This document shows positions 1 through 10,450 of a stretch of DNA of 64,000 bases, one piece after another. The DNA lies in NCBI GenBank assembly GCA_934149105.1, contig CAKPDP010000002.1, positions 49,700 to 113,699 on the forward strand. Reading direction: 5' to 3'. Below the pieces are notes generated by a model that saw only the letters and a list, made by a program, of their open reading frames with translations, had not been told where the DNA came from and did no database searches. Origin of the DNA: an uncultured Bacilli bacterium (GTDB taxonomy: Bacteria; Bacillota_I; Bacilli_A; RF39; UBA660). The position numbers were made by a program, and so were the translations under genes. The stretch's first letter is position 1. Every line of letters starts with the position of its first letter.

Positions 1-492
1 TTTGATAGTTTTAATAACATCATCAACATTTTTTGATTTTAATGATGAAACAGGAATTATCTCTTTAAAGTCATATAGATCTTTATATTCTGTTATTGTT
101 TTTAAGATATTTTCATAAGAAACTTTATCGATTTTATTAATTATTAATAAAACGGGAGCAGGATTATTTTTTAGACTATCAATTATATATTTATCTCCAG
201 TTCCTAAGGGTTTGGTTATATCTATAACAAAAAGAATGACATCGACATCATCTAGAGAAAAATAAGCTTCCTTATTTAAAACTCTTCCCAATTTATTTTG
301 AGCCTTATGGATCCCTGGGGTGTCAACAAAAATTATTTGACAATCATCTTTAGTATAAATACCTTTAATCATATTTCTAGTTGTTCCACTCTTATCCGAA
401 GTTATGGCAATTTTTTTATTCATAATACTATTTAGTAAGGTACTTTTACCAACATTAGGTCTTCCAACGATCGATACAAATCCACTTTTCAT
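1..492 (-). CDS. era: GTPase Era, N-terminal part (the gene runs off the window start)
   Basis: Minus-strand translation starts MKSGFVSIVGRPNVGKSTLLN with a G1 P-loop, then DTPG; the start codon complement is at 490-492; synteny with cdd and ybeY. Confidence 0.85.
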   Translation of the reverse strand, partial: MKSGFVSIVGRPNVGKSTLLNSIMNKKIAITSDKSGTTRNMIKGIYTKDDCQIIFVDTPGIHKAQNKLGRVLNKEAYFSLDDVDVILFVIDITKPLGTGDKYIIDSLKNNPAPVLLIINKIDKVSYENILKTITEYKDLYDFKEIIPVSSLKSKNVDDVIKTIK

Positions 493-505
493 TTTTCTTC
501 CTCCT

Positions 506-892
506 CTATTTTAAATTATCTTCCCCAAAAGGATGAGGACACAACTCGGCAACAGTATAGGTAGTGGTATTACCACTATAAGTATGAGAAATTATTTTAG
601 TATCAGGAGTACAGAAATCACTGATAGTATGGCGACAGATAAAACAAGGAAGGCATTCACTTTCAGTTTTACTCATGATATGAATTTCTTTGATACTATT
701 TTTAGAATAGCCTTGAGTAAAGCCAGAATATATGGCATTTCTTTCGGCACAAGTTCCAGCCGCAGGACTGGTAGTTTCAACATTAACTCCAGAAAATTCA
801 GTTCCATCTTTCATAACGACAACGGCTGCGACAGGATAATTAAAGAAGGGACTATAGGAATTATTTAATAAATTTCTTAACTTTTCATTCAT
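506..892 (-). CDS. cdd: Cytidine deaminase
   Basis: CAERNA zinc motif plus a PCxxC motif in a 128 aa protein; position matches the ybeY-cdd-era operon. Confidence 0.85.
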   Translation of the reverse strand: MNEKLRNLLNNSYSPFFNYPVAAVVVMKDGTEFSGVNVETTSPAAGTCAERNAIYSGFTQGYSKNSIKEIHIMSKTESECLPCFICRHTISDFCTPDTKIISHTYSGNTTTYTVAELCPHPFGEDNLK

Positions 893-904
893 ATTTTTTA
901 CTCC

Positions 905-1351
905 TTATCTATTGATATTATAAGCTTTTAATAATTCTTCTTGTTTAGAAAACATTATTTTTTCTTCACTTTCTATCATGTGATCATAACCTAACAAATG
1001 AAGAAGACCGTGTGTCGCCAAGAAACATACTTCTCTTAAATTAGAGTGTCCATATTCTTTAGCTTGATCATAAGCTACATCTAAGGCAATATAAATATCT
1101 CCTAAAACTCTAATCCCAGTCGCAGATAAATCATTATCTGAATTATCTTCTAGGGCAAAACTGATAACATCAGTTACTCTATCAGTATTACGATAAGTTT
1201 TATTTATGTTATGAATCTCTTCATTAGTTACAAAAATGATATTGAAAAGAGCATTTTCTAAATTTTCTTTAGTTACAACAAACTCTAAATAATTTTTCAA
1301 TTCTCCTAATTCAGGAATTTCTATTCCTCTATTATTAATTATTTCAAACAT
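905..1351 (-). CDS. ybeY: rRNA maturation endoribonuclease YbeY
   Basis: HGLLHLLGYDH metal-binding motif; 148 aa. Confidence 0.85.
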   Translation of the reverse strand: MFEIINNRGIEIPELGELKNYLEFVVTKENLENALFNIIFVTNEEIHNINKTYRNTDRVTDVISFALEDNSDNDLSATGIRVLGDIYIALDVAYDQAKEYGHSNLREVCFLATHGLLHLLGYDHMIESEEKIMFSKQEELLKAYNINR

Positions 1352-1366
1352 TTTTACTTCTCCTTT

Positions 1367-1993
1367 TTAGTCAAACCAATTAAATATATTTAAATTAAAG
1401 GAATAAATAATAACAATTAAAATGATTATGACTATTATAAAATTAACTACATTATCATTTTTAATACCATTCGGAAGATGGGATACCAGGCAACTAAAGC
1501 CATAATATAATAAGTAGCCACAGGTTCCACCCATAGTATTTAGAATAATATCATCAATATCAAAGGTTCTTCCAATATGTAATTGGACAACTTCGATGGT
1601 ACTGGAAACTAATATGGTTAGAATAATGGTCAACCACGGTTTTTTGACTTTTAAAATATCAGATACAAAATAACCATAAGGCAAAAACAATAAAATATTA
1701 CCAATTATATTCTTAAAAAATAGTCTAGTACCAAAATCATATCTAAAGATTTCTCTAAAGGGCATAAAATTAGAAGTTCCATAATTTACATCTTGAAATG
1801 TTACTACTTCGAATAAACAGAGAATATAGAGAATAAATATTAGGGCGTATAATTCTTTATATAGAACAAATTTTTTATGGCTTTTAATAAGATAAGTTAT
1901 TCTTAAAGAACAAGTTATTACAGCGATGATAATTATAACTGGTAATAAGTCTGGTATGACAGACATTATCATATTATGAACCATTTTGAACAT
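1367..1993 (-). CDS. Polytopic membrane protein, possibly VanZ-like
   Basis: 208 aa with 5-6 hydrophobic helices; occupies the ybeY-upstream slot where dgkA would sit in Bacillus. Confidence 0.35.
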   Translation of the reverse strand: MFKMVHNMIMSVIPDLLPVIIIIAVITCSLRITYLIKSHKKFVLYKELYALIFILYILCLFEVVTFQDVNYGTSNFMPFREIFRYDFGTRLFFKNIIGNILLFLPYGYFVSDILKVKKPWLTIILTILVSSTIEVVQLHIGRTFDIDDIILNTMGGTCGYLLYYGFSCLVSHLPNGIKNDNVVNFIIVIIILIVIIYSFNLNIFNWFD

Positions 1994-2004
1994 ATAATTA
2001 CCTC

Positions 2005-3417
2005 CTAAATATTCTTAATATCCCTCTTTTTAAATATAACAAATATAGTTAAAAATAGCAATAGAAAATGAATAATATATACTATCATAGAATTTACAAT
2101 TGTTACATCTACATACTTATTTAAATTACCATTTATGTAGGTCAAGAAGTCCCAATTACTAAAGATTAAATACTTAGTTATAGAATATTTACTTAAGAGA
2201 GTTAATAGAGGGTTAGACATAGTGTAAAGGCTTAGAGTAAATAATGAAGAGAAGATAGAATTTAAAAAGATGGTACTTAAAGCAAAACTAAGAGTAAGAA
2301 TTAGAATTAACTTTGGTAAAGATATGAATATTCTTAAAAACATATAGATATAGAGAGGATATTCTCTTAAAGATTTTAAGTTAAAATCATATACTACTAT
2401 AGGGATTTTCAAACTATCAATTTTAAAGATTAGACTACCTACCCATAATTCACTTATAATTAAGAAAATAATAGAGAGCAAAAGAATTATTATACAAGTT
2501 AAATATTTGCTTAAAATAATTTGAGTTCTAGAATAAGGCTTTATTAGTAGTTGTTTAATAGTTCTTTTAGAGTACTCTTCACTAATAATACTAGAAGAAA
2601 TAAAAATTATAATGATAACTAAAAATAGTTCATAATCTTCAACGATTGTTTTAAGGCACCCTCTAAGATCATTTTCTTTATTGATATTTTGCTTGGTAGT
2701 TATTATATATTTGGATAGTTGCTGTTCTTCTTTTAAATTATTAAAAGTTATTTTTTCTTCATAAGTGTAAGGAGTCGAGAGATTATTTAATTTTTGAGAA
2801 GATTGGTAATAGCCTTCTACCGCTTCATTTAAATAGGTAGTGCTATAATTAATATTATTTTTTATTCTTAAAGATAAGACTTCTTTTTGTAATAATAATT
2901 CTTTATTTTGAGGATCAACTTCTAAATCAGATTTTATTTTATCTAAATCTTGATTAATAAAATAGATATTATCATTTTGAGTAAATTTTTCTCGATACTT
3001 ATTATAAAGTTCTTGATAAGAAGCTTCTTTTAGGGAATCTGGTTCTTTATATTTATAATAATTGAGGTTATAGACGATATCATAAAAATAGTTATTTACA
3101 GTATTATATTGAAAGGAATTTGGAGGATAACTTATTTTTAATTTTAATAGGTCTAAATCAGTTAAAAGAGAAATATATTCTGAACTGTCTTGATTTAAGC
3201 CTTTTAACTTAGTTTCTAAAGCTTTAATTTCTTCCTTAGAAGTATCTTTATCATTTAGATAAAGACCATCAGTGGTGTAAGTAGTTTTATAGAGAATATT
3301 ATTTAAAACTAAAAATAATAACATAATTAGATAGAGAATATAGATCGCTTTTTTATGAAATATCTTATATAATTCATTAGTAATTAAATTAATCATTAGA
3401 GATTCCCGTCCTTTCAA
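2005..3417 (-). CDS. ABC-2 type transporter permease with a large extracytoplasmic loop
   Basis: N-terminal TM helix, a hydrophilic domain of about 250 aa, then 5-6 C-terminal TM helices; translationally coupled to the upstream ABC ATPase. Confidence 0.5.
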   Translation of the reverse strand: MKGRESLMINLITNELYKIFHKKAIYILYLIMLLFLVLNNILYKTTYTTDGLYLNDKDTSKEEIKALETKLKGLNQDSSEYISLLTDLDLLKLKISYPPNSFQYNTVNNYFYDIVYNLNYYKYKEPDSLKEASYQELYNKYREKFTQNDNIYFINQDLDKIKSDLEVDPQNKELLLQKEVLSLRIKNNINYSTTYLNEAVEGYYQSSQKLNNLSTPYTYEEKITFNNLKEEQQLSKYIITTKQNINKENDLRGCLKTIVEDYELFLVIIIIFISSSIISEEYSKRTIKQLLIKPYSRTQIILSKYLTCIIILLLSIIFLIISELWVGSLIFKIDSLKIPIVVYDFNLKSLREYPLYIYMFLRIFISLPKLILILTLSFALSTIFLNSIFSSLFTLSLYTMSNPLLTLLSKYSITKYLIFSNWDFLTYINGNLNKYVDVTIVNSMIVYIIHFLLLFLTIFVIFKKRDIKNI

Positions 3418-4267
3418 AGAATAATTGTTCTAAAGAAGATGTTTCTTTACTTATTTCATATATTTTGATGTTGTTATCTAAAAGAATTTTTAGTACTTGA
3501 TTTAAATTAGTATTATTTTTTACTAGGATAGTATTTTGATTAAGAATATTTAAGTTATAATTAGTTAAGTTTCGGCTGTCATCTACTTTAATTAGATAAT
3601 TGTTATTAAAAGCTTCTTTAAGAGAAGTATTATATAGTAACTTGCCATTTTTTATTAAACAAATATTGGTACAGAAAGTTTCTAATTCACTTAAAATATG
3701 ACTAGAGATTAGGATTGCTTTCTTTTGAGTTTGGGCTAAATTCAAAAGTAAATTTCGGATATCTTTTACACCTTGAGGATCGAGTCCATTAAAGGGTTCA
3801 TCTAATATTAGTAATTTAGGATCAGGGACTAGGGCTAGAGCGATTCCTAGGCGACCACGCATTCCTAGAGAATAAGTAGTTACTTTATTATGAATACTTT
3901 TTTCTAAGCCTACTAATTTTACAATTTCATTTAATTTATCTATAGAAACGTTATATAGTCTAGAGGCTAAGAGAAGATTTTGAAAGCCTGTTAAATACAT
4001 GTAGGTATCTGGTTCTTCGATGATAGCCCCAACTTCTTGGATAGCTTTTTTATAATTTTTAGTAATACTATTATTATTAATTAGGACAGTACCACCAGTT
4101 ATTTTAGTAAGTCCTAAAATCATTTTGATAATAGTAGTTTTACCAGCTCCATTAGGTCCAATAAAACCTAATATTTCTCCTTCAGAAATAGAAAAGGAAA
4201 CATTCTTAATAATCTCTTCTTTCTTTATTATTTTTACTAGATTACTACACTCTAATATTTTAGTCAT
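3389..4267 (-). CDS. ABC transporter ATP-binding protein
   Basis: Walker A GPNGAGKTT, signature YSLGMRGR, Walker B LLILDEP; start is probably the internal Met (MTKILE), which follows a GGAGG ribosome-binding site. Confidence 0.8.
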   Translation of the reverse strand: MTKILECSNLVKIIKKEEIIKNVSFSISEGEILGFIGPNGAGKTTIIKMILGLTKITGGTVLINNNSITKNYKKAIQEVGAIIEEPDTYMYLTGFQNLLLASRLYNVSIDKLNEIVKLVGLEKSIHNKVTTYSLGMRGRLGIALALVPDPKLLILDEPFNGLDPQGVKDIRNLLLNLAQTQKKAILISSHILSELETFCTNICLIKNGKLLYNTSLKEAFNNNYLIKVDDSRNLTNYNLNILNQNTILVKNNTNLNQVLKILLDNNIKIYEISKETSSLEQLFFERTGISND

Positions 4268-4283
4268 AGAAAACCTCCTCAAT

Positions 4284-4961
4284 TTATAAATTAGAATTTT
4301 CATAAAAACTATAATAATTGTTGTTACCAATTATCAAGTGATCTATTAAGGGAATGGAATGGAGAAGACTTATTTCCTTTATCTTTTTTGTTATTTCAAG
4401 ATCTTCTTTACTGGGAGTAGCATCTCCAGACGGATGATTATGAATACAGATTATATAGGTAGCAGATAAAAGATAAGCTTCTCTAAATATATCTCTAGGA
4501 TGAACTAAACTATAATTTATACTTCCTTTGAATAATAATTTATGAGAAAGATATTTTTTCTTATTATCAAGATAGAGAACATAAAACTCTTCTTGTTTTT
4601 TATCTTTAAAGAGATAATTAAAATATTTAATAATATTTAGGGGATTAGTACATTCAATTATGTCATCGAGATTAGTTTCAGCATATACTCTTCTTCCTAA
4701 TTCTAGAGCTGCTTGCAATTCAATGGCCTTAACAAGGCCTATTCCTTTAATACTAGTTAATTCTTTTAGAGATAGTGTTTTTAAAGATTTAATATTAGGT
4801 ATTTTTTCAAGAATTAAACAAGATAATTCTTTGACAGAACAAGATCTAGTACCAGTTTTTAAAATTATTTCAATTAATTCTTCATTAGTTAAATTTGAAG
4901 CCCCTACTTTTATTAATCGTTCTCGTGGTTTATCATTGTTAGGAATATTTTTAAAATTCAT
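4284..4961 (-). CDS. radC: RadC-family JAB/MPN domain protein
   Basis: N-terminal PRERL motif; JAMM motif HNHPSGDATPSKED. Confidence 0.8.
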   Translation of the reverse strand: MNFKNIPNNDKPRERLIKVGASNLTNEELIEIILKTGTRSCSVKELSCLILEKIPNIKSLKTLSLKELTSIKGIGLVKAIELQAALELGRRVYAETNLDDIIECTNPLNIIKYFNYLFKDKKQEEFYVLYLDNKKKYLSHKLLFKGSINYSLVHPRDIFREAYLLSATYIICIHNHPSGDATPSKEDLEITKKIKEISLLHSIPLIDHLIIGNNNYYSFYENSNL

Positions 4962-5035
4962 CTTTTTCCCCCTTCATTAGTATTATTAGAGATATTTACG
5001 GAAAAACCTTTTTTTCAGAAGAATTTATAAAAAAA

Positions 5036-5072
5036 TTAATATGATTGATTAGTCATATTAATTTTTTAAAAG
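5036..5072 (-). terminator. Rho-independent terminator hairpin (perfect 11 bp stem aattaatatga/tcatattaatt) with a T-run on the minus strand
   Basis: Inverted repeat followed by a T-tract, downstream of the hydrolase/trpS transcription unit. Confidence 0.45.
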
Positions 5073-5170
5073 TTAAAATTACTATTTAACCTATAACTAT
5101 AAAAGAAAGTAAAATGATGGTAAGGAAATAAGTAAATGAGCATAGATTATGATCATAATAATATTAATCT

Positions 5171-6514
5171 TTAGGTTAAATCTTGAACAAATTTTAAAAT
5201 ATTTTGTTGAGTTTGTTGAGAATAAATATTGCCTTTTTCTTCATAACAATGAATTAATTTAATACGAGAATGGGGATAATAATTTAAGGTATGTGGAACA
5301 TTAAGATTTGTTAACTTTTGATCTAGAGCTTGGGCTTCTTTCCAAAAGGTAGCAGTATTTCCATCAGAAATAAAGGTCTTAGGATAATTAGAATTAACAT
5401 AATTAAAGACAGAGGTTTCTTTTAGATAAGAATTATTGGTTAGATCTATTTCTTGATAATAAAGTCTACCCATATTATAAAATAACCAATCATAAAGAAG
5501 ATTATTAGTTTTACCAATATTGTTACTGCGATAAAATCCCCCTTCTAAGATTAAGCCTTTCAATTGATTTCCTTGAAGATAAGGAATTTCTTCTAAAAGG
5601 CTGGCATAATCAGGATTAGTTTCCAGATTAGTCAAGGATGAGGCTAAGTTAGCACCTGCTGACTGACCAATTAAAATGATAGAACTCATATTTAAATTTA
5701 ATTTTTCGGAATTATCTAATAGATATTTTAAGCCTTCATGTAATTGTTTAATGGGAGTTGGGTAATGATTTTGAGGGGTTAGAGCATAATCTAAAGAGAC
5801 AACATTATAATTATTGGTAATAAAAGTATAAATAGTAGAATTTTTAAAATTATTATCCATTGTTAAAGGATTACCTGGAACTTTATCACCCCAAAGGAAG
5901 CCTCCTTTATGAAGGTAGATTATAGTAGGTTTAGATAAATCAGTAGTTGTATAATAGATGTCTAGGTAACTATTAGGATAATTTTTACTATAAGTTAGAT
6001 TGGCATTAAGAGTTATATTATTACTTAGAATATGGGTTCCAGTTTCTATTATAGTGGTTGTATTTTTTATGTTATATAACTTACGAATAATTGGAAGAGT
6101 TAGACTGGGATCTATGGTAGTTATAGTTATAAATAAAGAAGGGATAATAGTTAAAGAAAAAATTATCAAACTTAGAGAATGATGGTTAACTTTTTTTAAG
6201 TATTTAAAAAATAGATAGTCCCCTACTCCTAATAAAAAGATTCCTAAGGCTACAATGAAAAGGCGATAAGGAAAGAAGAAAGAGAGTAGAGAAATGATAG
6301 TTATAAATTTAAATAAATAATTTGATTTTTGGTGAAAACAACTTAAAAAAAGAGTAAACAAAAAAGCTATTGGACTTATTATTCTGGGTATATTTATGCA
6401 GAATTGATAACTAATTCCAAATAAGATATAGATAATACCAATATAACTTAGAGATTGGTTAGAAATAAGTCTTTTTATTTTCATATTTACCTCTTTCTTA
6501 ATCAAAATAATCAA
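5171..6514 (-). CDS. Membrane-anchored alpha/beta-hydrolase (esterase/lipase fold-3 type)
   Basis: N-terminal TM segments; oxyanion-hole HKGGFLWG and nucleophile elbow GQSAGAN (GxSxG). Confidence 0.6.
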   Translation of the reverse strand: MIILIKKEVNMKIKRLISNQSLSYIGIIYILFGISYQFCINIPRIISPIAFLFTLFLSCFHQKSNYLFKFITIISLLSFFFPYRLFIVALGIFLLGVGDYLFFKYLKKVNHHSLSLIIFSLTIIPSLFITITTIDPSLTLPIIRKLYNIKNTTTIIETGTHILSNNITLNANLTYSKNYPNSYLDIYYTTTDLSKPTIIYLHKGGFLWGDKVPGNPLTMDNNFKNSTIYTFITNNYNVVSLDYALTPQNHYPTPIKQLHEGLKYLLDNSEKLNLNMSSIILIGQSAGANLASSLTNLETNPDYASLLEEIPYLQGNQLKGLILEGGFYRSNNIGKTNNLLYDWLFYNMGRLYYQEIDLTNNSYLKETSVFNYVNSNYPKTFISDGNTATFWKEAQALDQKLTNLNVPHTLNYYPHSRIKLIHCYEEKGNIYSQQTQQNILKFVQDLT

Positions 6515-7511
6515 TTTTCATAGCTTTTTTGACATTCTTTAAAGTTTCTTGGGCTCTAGTTTCAGCGGCTTTTGTTCCTTCTAAGAGAATACTTTTTACT
6601 TCTTCAGGATGATTTTCATAATAAGATCTTTTAGTACGAAAATCTTGTAAAAAGGCTGTTAAATTTTTTACTAATTCTTTTTTGCACTGAACACAACCTC
6701 TAGAACCTTTTTTACATTCTTGACATATTTTGGATAATTCAGGATTATTGGTTACTTTATGATAGTAATATACCATACAGATATCAGGATTAGCAGGATC
6801 ATCTTTTTTTATCTTGTTAGGATCGGTTACAGCACTCATGACTTTTTTATTCAATTCTTCATCACTATCTTTAAGATAAATAGCATTTCCTAGACTTTTA
6901 CCCATTTTTTCGTTACCATCTAGGCCTTTAATACGCGCTATAGGAGCTAGATAAGGTTCGGGTTCAATTAGAGTGTCACCATATATTTTATTGAATTTTC
7001 TTACTATTTCACGACACTGCTCGATTAGAGGCAATTGATCTTCACCAACGGGAATTAAGTCTCCATGCAAAGCTGTTATATCGGCAGCCTGAGAAACAGG
7101 ATAACCAACAAAACCATAGGTTACGCTTTCTCCATCGTTACCAAAAATCTTTTTCTTTTGAGCTATTTCAGTTTTGACAGTAGGATTACGATATAATCTA
7201 GCCATAGTAACTAAATTAGAATAAAAGACAGTTAGCTCGGCTATTTCTGGAAGAGAAGATTGTAAGAAAATATGAGCTTTCTTAGGATCTATTCCACACG
7301 CTAAAAGATCAATTGTTAATTCTTCGATATTTTTTCTGACTTTATCAGGATTATCAAAATTATCAGTTAAAGCTTGAACATCAGCGATTTCTATAAATGT
7401 ATCATATTTATCTTGTAGTTTTATCCAGTTAGATACAGCTCCAAAATAATGGCCTAAATGTAAATTACCAGTAGGTCTAATACCTGTTAATATTGTTTTC
7501 AATATAATCAC
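6498..7511 (-). CDS. trpS: Tryptophan--tRNA ligase
   Basis: HIGH-type motif TGNLHLGHY and KMSKS-type motif KMGKS; 337 aa; the true start may be the TTG that lies 5 nt after GAGAGGTGA. Confidence 0.9.
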   Translation of the reverse strand: MIILKTILTGIRPTGNLHLGHYFGAVSNWIKLQDKYDTFIEIADVQALTDNFDNPDKVRKNIEELTIDLLACGIDPKKAHIFLQSSLPEIAELTVFYSNLVTMARLYRNPTVKTEIAQKKKIFGNDGESVTYGFVGYPVSQAADITALHGDLIPVGEDQLPLIEQCREIVRKFNKIYGDTLIEPEPYLAPIARIKGLDGNEKMGKSLGNAIYLKDSDEELNKKVMSAVTDPNKIKKDDPANPDICMVYYYHKVTNNPELSKICQECKKGSRGCVQCKKELVKNLTAFLQDFRTKRSYYENHPEEVKSILLEGTKAAETRAQETLKNVKKAMKIDYFD

Positions 7512-7594
7512 CTCTCTAATTTTAAATTCATGAAATTAATATAATTATATCAGAACTTATCTATTTAATAAAGATATGATAAATATAAATTAAA

Positions 7595-7625
7595 AAAAAT
7601 AGATATTTCTATCTATTATAATTCA
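7595..7625 (-). terminator. Terminator hairpin (atagata-gaaa-tatctat) plus T-run, immediately after the tRNA
   Basis: Minus-strand stem-loop followed by an 8 nt T-tract. Confidence 0.4.
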
Positions 7626-7628
7626 TAT

Positions 7629-7705
7629 TGGTAGCGAGAGGGGGATTTGAACCCTCGACACCGCGGGTATGAACCGCGTGCTCTAGCCAACTGAGCTATC
7701 TCGCC
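7629..7705 (-). tRNA. tRNA-Met, elongator type, anticodon CAT (tRNA-Ile2 not excluded)
   Basis: Reverse complement gives GGCGAGATAGCTCAGTTGGCTAGAGCACGCGGTTCATACCCGCGGTGTCGAGGGTTCAAATCCCCCTCTCGCTACCA; anticodon loop TTCATAC; T-loop GGTTCAAATCC; encoded CCA. Confidence 0.8.
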
Positions 7706-7732
7706 AGAACCATTTTCCCTTGGGAACAATAT

Positions 7733-7762
7733 AATCTTATCATATTTATGATATTTTGACAA
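7733..7762 (-). promoter_or_regulatory. Sigma-A-like promoter for the tRNA-Met gene (TTGTCA-18-TAAGAT on the minus strand)
   Basis: -35 and -10-like hexamers with 18 nt spacing, about 30 nt upstream of the tRNA 5' end. Confidence 0.3.
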
Positions 7763-7840
7763 TATTTATTGTTTATTTTTTTTAGAAAATGGCTATTTAG
7801 AATAGAAAGCCAATAATTAGCAAATAATTTAAAGGGATAA

Positions 7841-8803
7841 TTATTTTTTACCACTAAAGACTTCATACCAGGATTTAATGTTATCTTTACCAATTGTTAA
7901 ATATTTTTTAATAATAGTCCAAGAAATATTAGTTTGCTTTTTAATATTAGACCAAACTTCTTTAGCTGTATCACAATAAGAATTATTGGAATTACAAATA
8001 GTAGCAGTTAATTCAAAATATTTGGCCGCTATTAAGTTTTTAACATCATGATATTTAGAAGATAATTCTTCTTTATAATCAGGAAAGAGACTATCTATTT
8101 GGTTATCAATTTTAAAAGTAATATTTAAAACTTTAAGTTTAGCAGTAGTAGATAAATCTTTAAATTTATGATTTTTAATTTCACCATCATAAAAGAGAAA
8201 ATCAACAAGAGTAATAAAAGTTGTCTTAGCTTTTTCTTTGAAGGAACTAGTGGCACTGTAAGTGGCTATTTCCTTTGAGGCAGAGTTAAAATAAGCAATA
8301 ACATCATCTTCAGTAGTTTCCTTCTCAGAGGTAATTGTTGGTTCAGAGGTTGAATTTGAAGAAGATGAAGTTTGAATCTCTGGGGAAGATGAAGATGAAT
8401 TTTCGGAATTAGAAGGAGTTTCCTTACTAGAATTAGAAGTATCTTGATAAGACTCAGTAGTGTCATTCGAGGTATTTTCTTTCTTCTTGGTAGTACTTAT
8501 TAGTTCTAAGGAGACTAAATCAATAGTACTAGGATCAGTATTATGAACTTTGCCTTTATAAGTTATATAGATAAGATCTTGTAATTTATAAGTATCTTTA
8601 GTGTAAATAATAAAACTAGAACTGGTTTTAGCTTCTTTTTCAGTTGATAAAGGAGTTACTATCAGGTAATTGTTTTTAATTTCGGTAACAGTTCCATAGA
8701 AAGAATTTAGTTGATTATTATTTTGGCGATAAATTAAGGCAATGGCAATAGTAATTATAATAATTAAAATAATTATTATTAGAGATATTTTTTTACTTTT
8801 CAT
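7841..8803 (-). CDS. Membrane-anchored or secreted hypothetical protein with a Ser/Thr-rich linker
   Basis: N-terminal signal-anchor KKISLIIIILIIIITIAIALIY and a low-complexity S/T/E-rich central region. Confidence 0.4.
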   Translation of the reverse strand: MKSKKISLIIIILIIIITIAIALIYRQNNNQLNSFYGTVTEIKNNYLIVTPLSTEKEAKTSSSFIIYTKDTYKLQDLIYITYKGKVHNTDPSTIDLVSLELISTTKKKENTSNDTTESYQDTSNSSKETPSNSENSSSSSPEIQTSSSSNSTSEPTITSEKETTEDDVIAYFNSASKEIATYSATSSFKEKAKTTFITLVDFLFYDGEIKNHKFKDLSTTAKLKVLNITFKIDNQIDSLFPDYKEELSSKYHDVKNLIAAKYFELTATICNSNNSYCDTAKEVWSNIKKQTNISWTIIKKYLTIGKDNIKSWYEVFSGKK

Positions 8804-8895
8804 ATTATTCCTCTTTTCTTGTTACAGATATTTTAGCATATTTTTAAATATTAGCAAGAGTTTGGGTAATAATTAAAAGAATATTAGGTAGAGGG

Positions 8896-9252
8896 CTAGC
8901 CCAAATATTCTTTTACGACTTTAATAATGCGATTAGTTTCCGCTACTAAATCTTCATAGTGAGTATTTATGTATTCTTGATTATGGTTTTGACTTTCTAT
9001 TTGATGATTGTAGGCTAATTCGGCAAGATGGGTAAAACCTAAGTATTTGGAATCACTTTTTAGAGCATGAACTAAGATGGCATAATTTTCAAGGTCACCT
9101 TGATTTTTATATTTTTCAATATTGGGCATTCTAGTTTCGCTTTCAGTTAGAAAATCAGCTAGGGTATCATTATACATATCTACATCCCCTAATAATTCAA
9201 TGGCTGTATCGGTATCAATATCATTATCTTGTAAAAATGTTAATTCTTGCAT
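8896..9252 (-). CDS. Stand-alone histidine phosphotransfer (HPt) domain protein
   Basis: HALKSDSKYLGFTHLAEL fits the HPt consensus HxLKGxSxxLG; 118 aa; own terminators on both sides. Confidence 0.55.
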   Translation of the reverse strand: MQELTFLQDNDIDTDTAIELLGDVDMYNDTLADFLTESETRMPNIEKYKNQGDLENYAILVHALKSDSKYLGFTHLAELAYNHQIESQNHNQEYINTHYEDLVAETNRIIKVVKEYLG

Positions 9253-9352
9253 TTTATTTCCTCCTATGATATCAGTCTAGCATTAATTGATTGATTATGC
9301 AACAAAATTATTAAAATATGAGAAAAGAAAAAAAAGAATAGCAAGGGCTATT

Positions 9353-10450
9353 CTAGAAATTATCTTTATCTCTTAGGAAAGGTGGAATATCAAAATCGGA
9401 CATGCTATCGTCGTCAGAAGAAAGATTGTTTTTATGTAAATCTTCTCTTCTAGTAGTATTCATAGAATTTATATTATGATATAGAGGTTCGGTTTTATTT
9501 TCAAAACCAGTAGCGATAACGGTTACAATTACTTCATCGTTAAGGTTTTCATTTATTACAGCTCCAAAGATAGTATTTATATCAGTATTAGCAGCACTTC
9601 TAATTATTTCAGCAGCTTCTTCTACTTCAAATAATGTTAAGGAAGAACCACCAGTAACATTGATAATGGCATCGGTTGCACCTTCGATAGAAGTTTCTAA
9701 TAATGGTGAAGATACGGCTTGTTTAGCAGCTTCAACTGCTCTACCCTCTCCAGAACCAACACCAATACCGATTAGGGCATTACCACGATCTTTCATTACA
9801 GCTTTAACGTCTGCAAAGTCTAGGTTTACTAAGCCCGCTACGGCGATTAAGTCTGATATAGATTGAACACCACGATGAAGGACATTATCTACTTCACGGA
9901 AAGCATCTAACATAGGAGTGCTTTTATCTATTAGTTCTCTTAATCGATCGTTAGGAATAACGATTAAGGTATCAACATGTTTCTTTAATTCTTCTAGGCC
10001 TTTTACGGCTTGATCCATTCTTTTCTTACCTTCAAAACTGAAAGGCTTAGTAACTATTCCAACGGTTAGAGCTCCTAAATCTTGAGCAATTTCCGCTACG
10101 ACGGGAGCAGCACCAGTACCAGTTCCACCACCCATACCACAAGTTACGAAAACCATATCGGCACCTTGAAGAGCAGCTTCAATTTCTTCTTTACTTTCTA
10201 GAGCAGCTTCTTTTCCAACTTCAGGGTTAGCACCAGCTCCTAGTCCGTTAGTTAATTCACTTCCTATTTGTAATTTTGTGGGAGCAAGTGATTTTAATAA
10301 TACTTGTGAATCGGTATTAGCAACAATAAAATCTACTCCTTTAAGGCCAGAATCTATCATTCTATTTACGGCATTATTACCGCCACCACCAATACCAATA
10401 ACCTTAATTTTGGCTAATTGATCCATTTCTAAACCGAGCATATTATTCAT
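9353..10450 (-). CDS. ftsZ: Cell division protein FtsZ
   Basis: GGGTGTG tubulin signature, NTDxQ motif, acidic C-terminal tail. Confidence 0.95.
   Translation of the reverse strand: MNNMLGLEMDQLAKIKVIGIGGGGNNAVNRMIDSGLKGVDFIVANTDSQVLLKSLAPTKLQIGSELTNGLGAGANPEVGKEAALESKEEIEAALQGADMVFVTCGMGGGTGTGAAPVVAEIAQDLGALTVGIVTKPFSFEGKKRMDQAVKGLEELKKHVDTLIVIPNDRLRELIDKSTPMLDAFREVDNVLHRGVQSISDLIAVAGLVNLDFADVKAVMKDRGNALIGIGVGSGEGRAVEAAKQAVSSPLLETSIEGATDAIINVTGGSSLTLFEVEEAAEIIRSAANTDINTIFGAVINENLNDEVIVTVIATGFENKTEPLYHNINSMNTTRREDLHKNNLSSDDDSMSDFDIPPFLRDKDNF

Noticed and set aside
533-868. 111-aa plus-strand ORF
   Set aside because: Antisense to cdd, which has clear catalytic motifs; an AT-rich shadow ORF.
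7512-7628. Looked for a T-box leader upstream of trpS
   Set aside because: Only 117 nt separate trpS from the tRNA-Met gene, and that space is taken by a terminator hairpin and a -10 box. There is no specifier or T-box sequence (AATTAGAGTGGTACCGCG-like).
7696-7893. 65-aa ORF from the six-frame track
   Set aside because: It overlaps the tRNA-Met gene and its promoter; no RBS; spurious.
8266-8466. 66-aa ORF inside the Ser/Thr-rich protein gene
   Set aside because: A low-complexity alternative frame of 7841..8803.
9660-9866. 68-aa plus-strand ORF
   Set aside because: Antisense within ftsZ.
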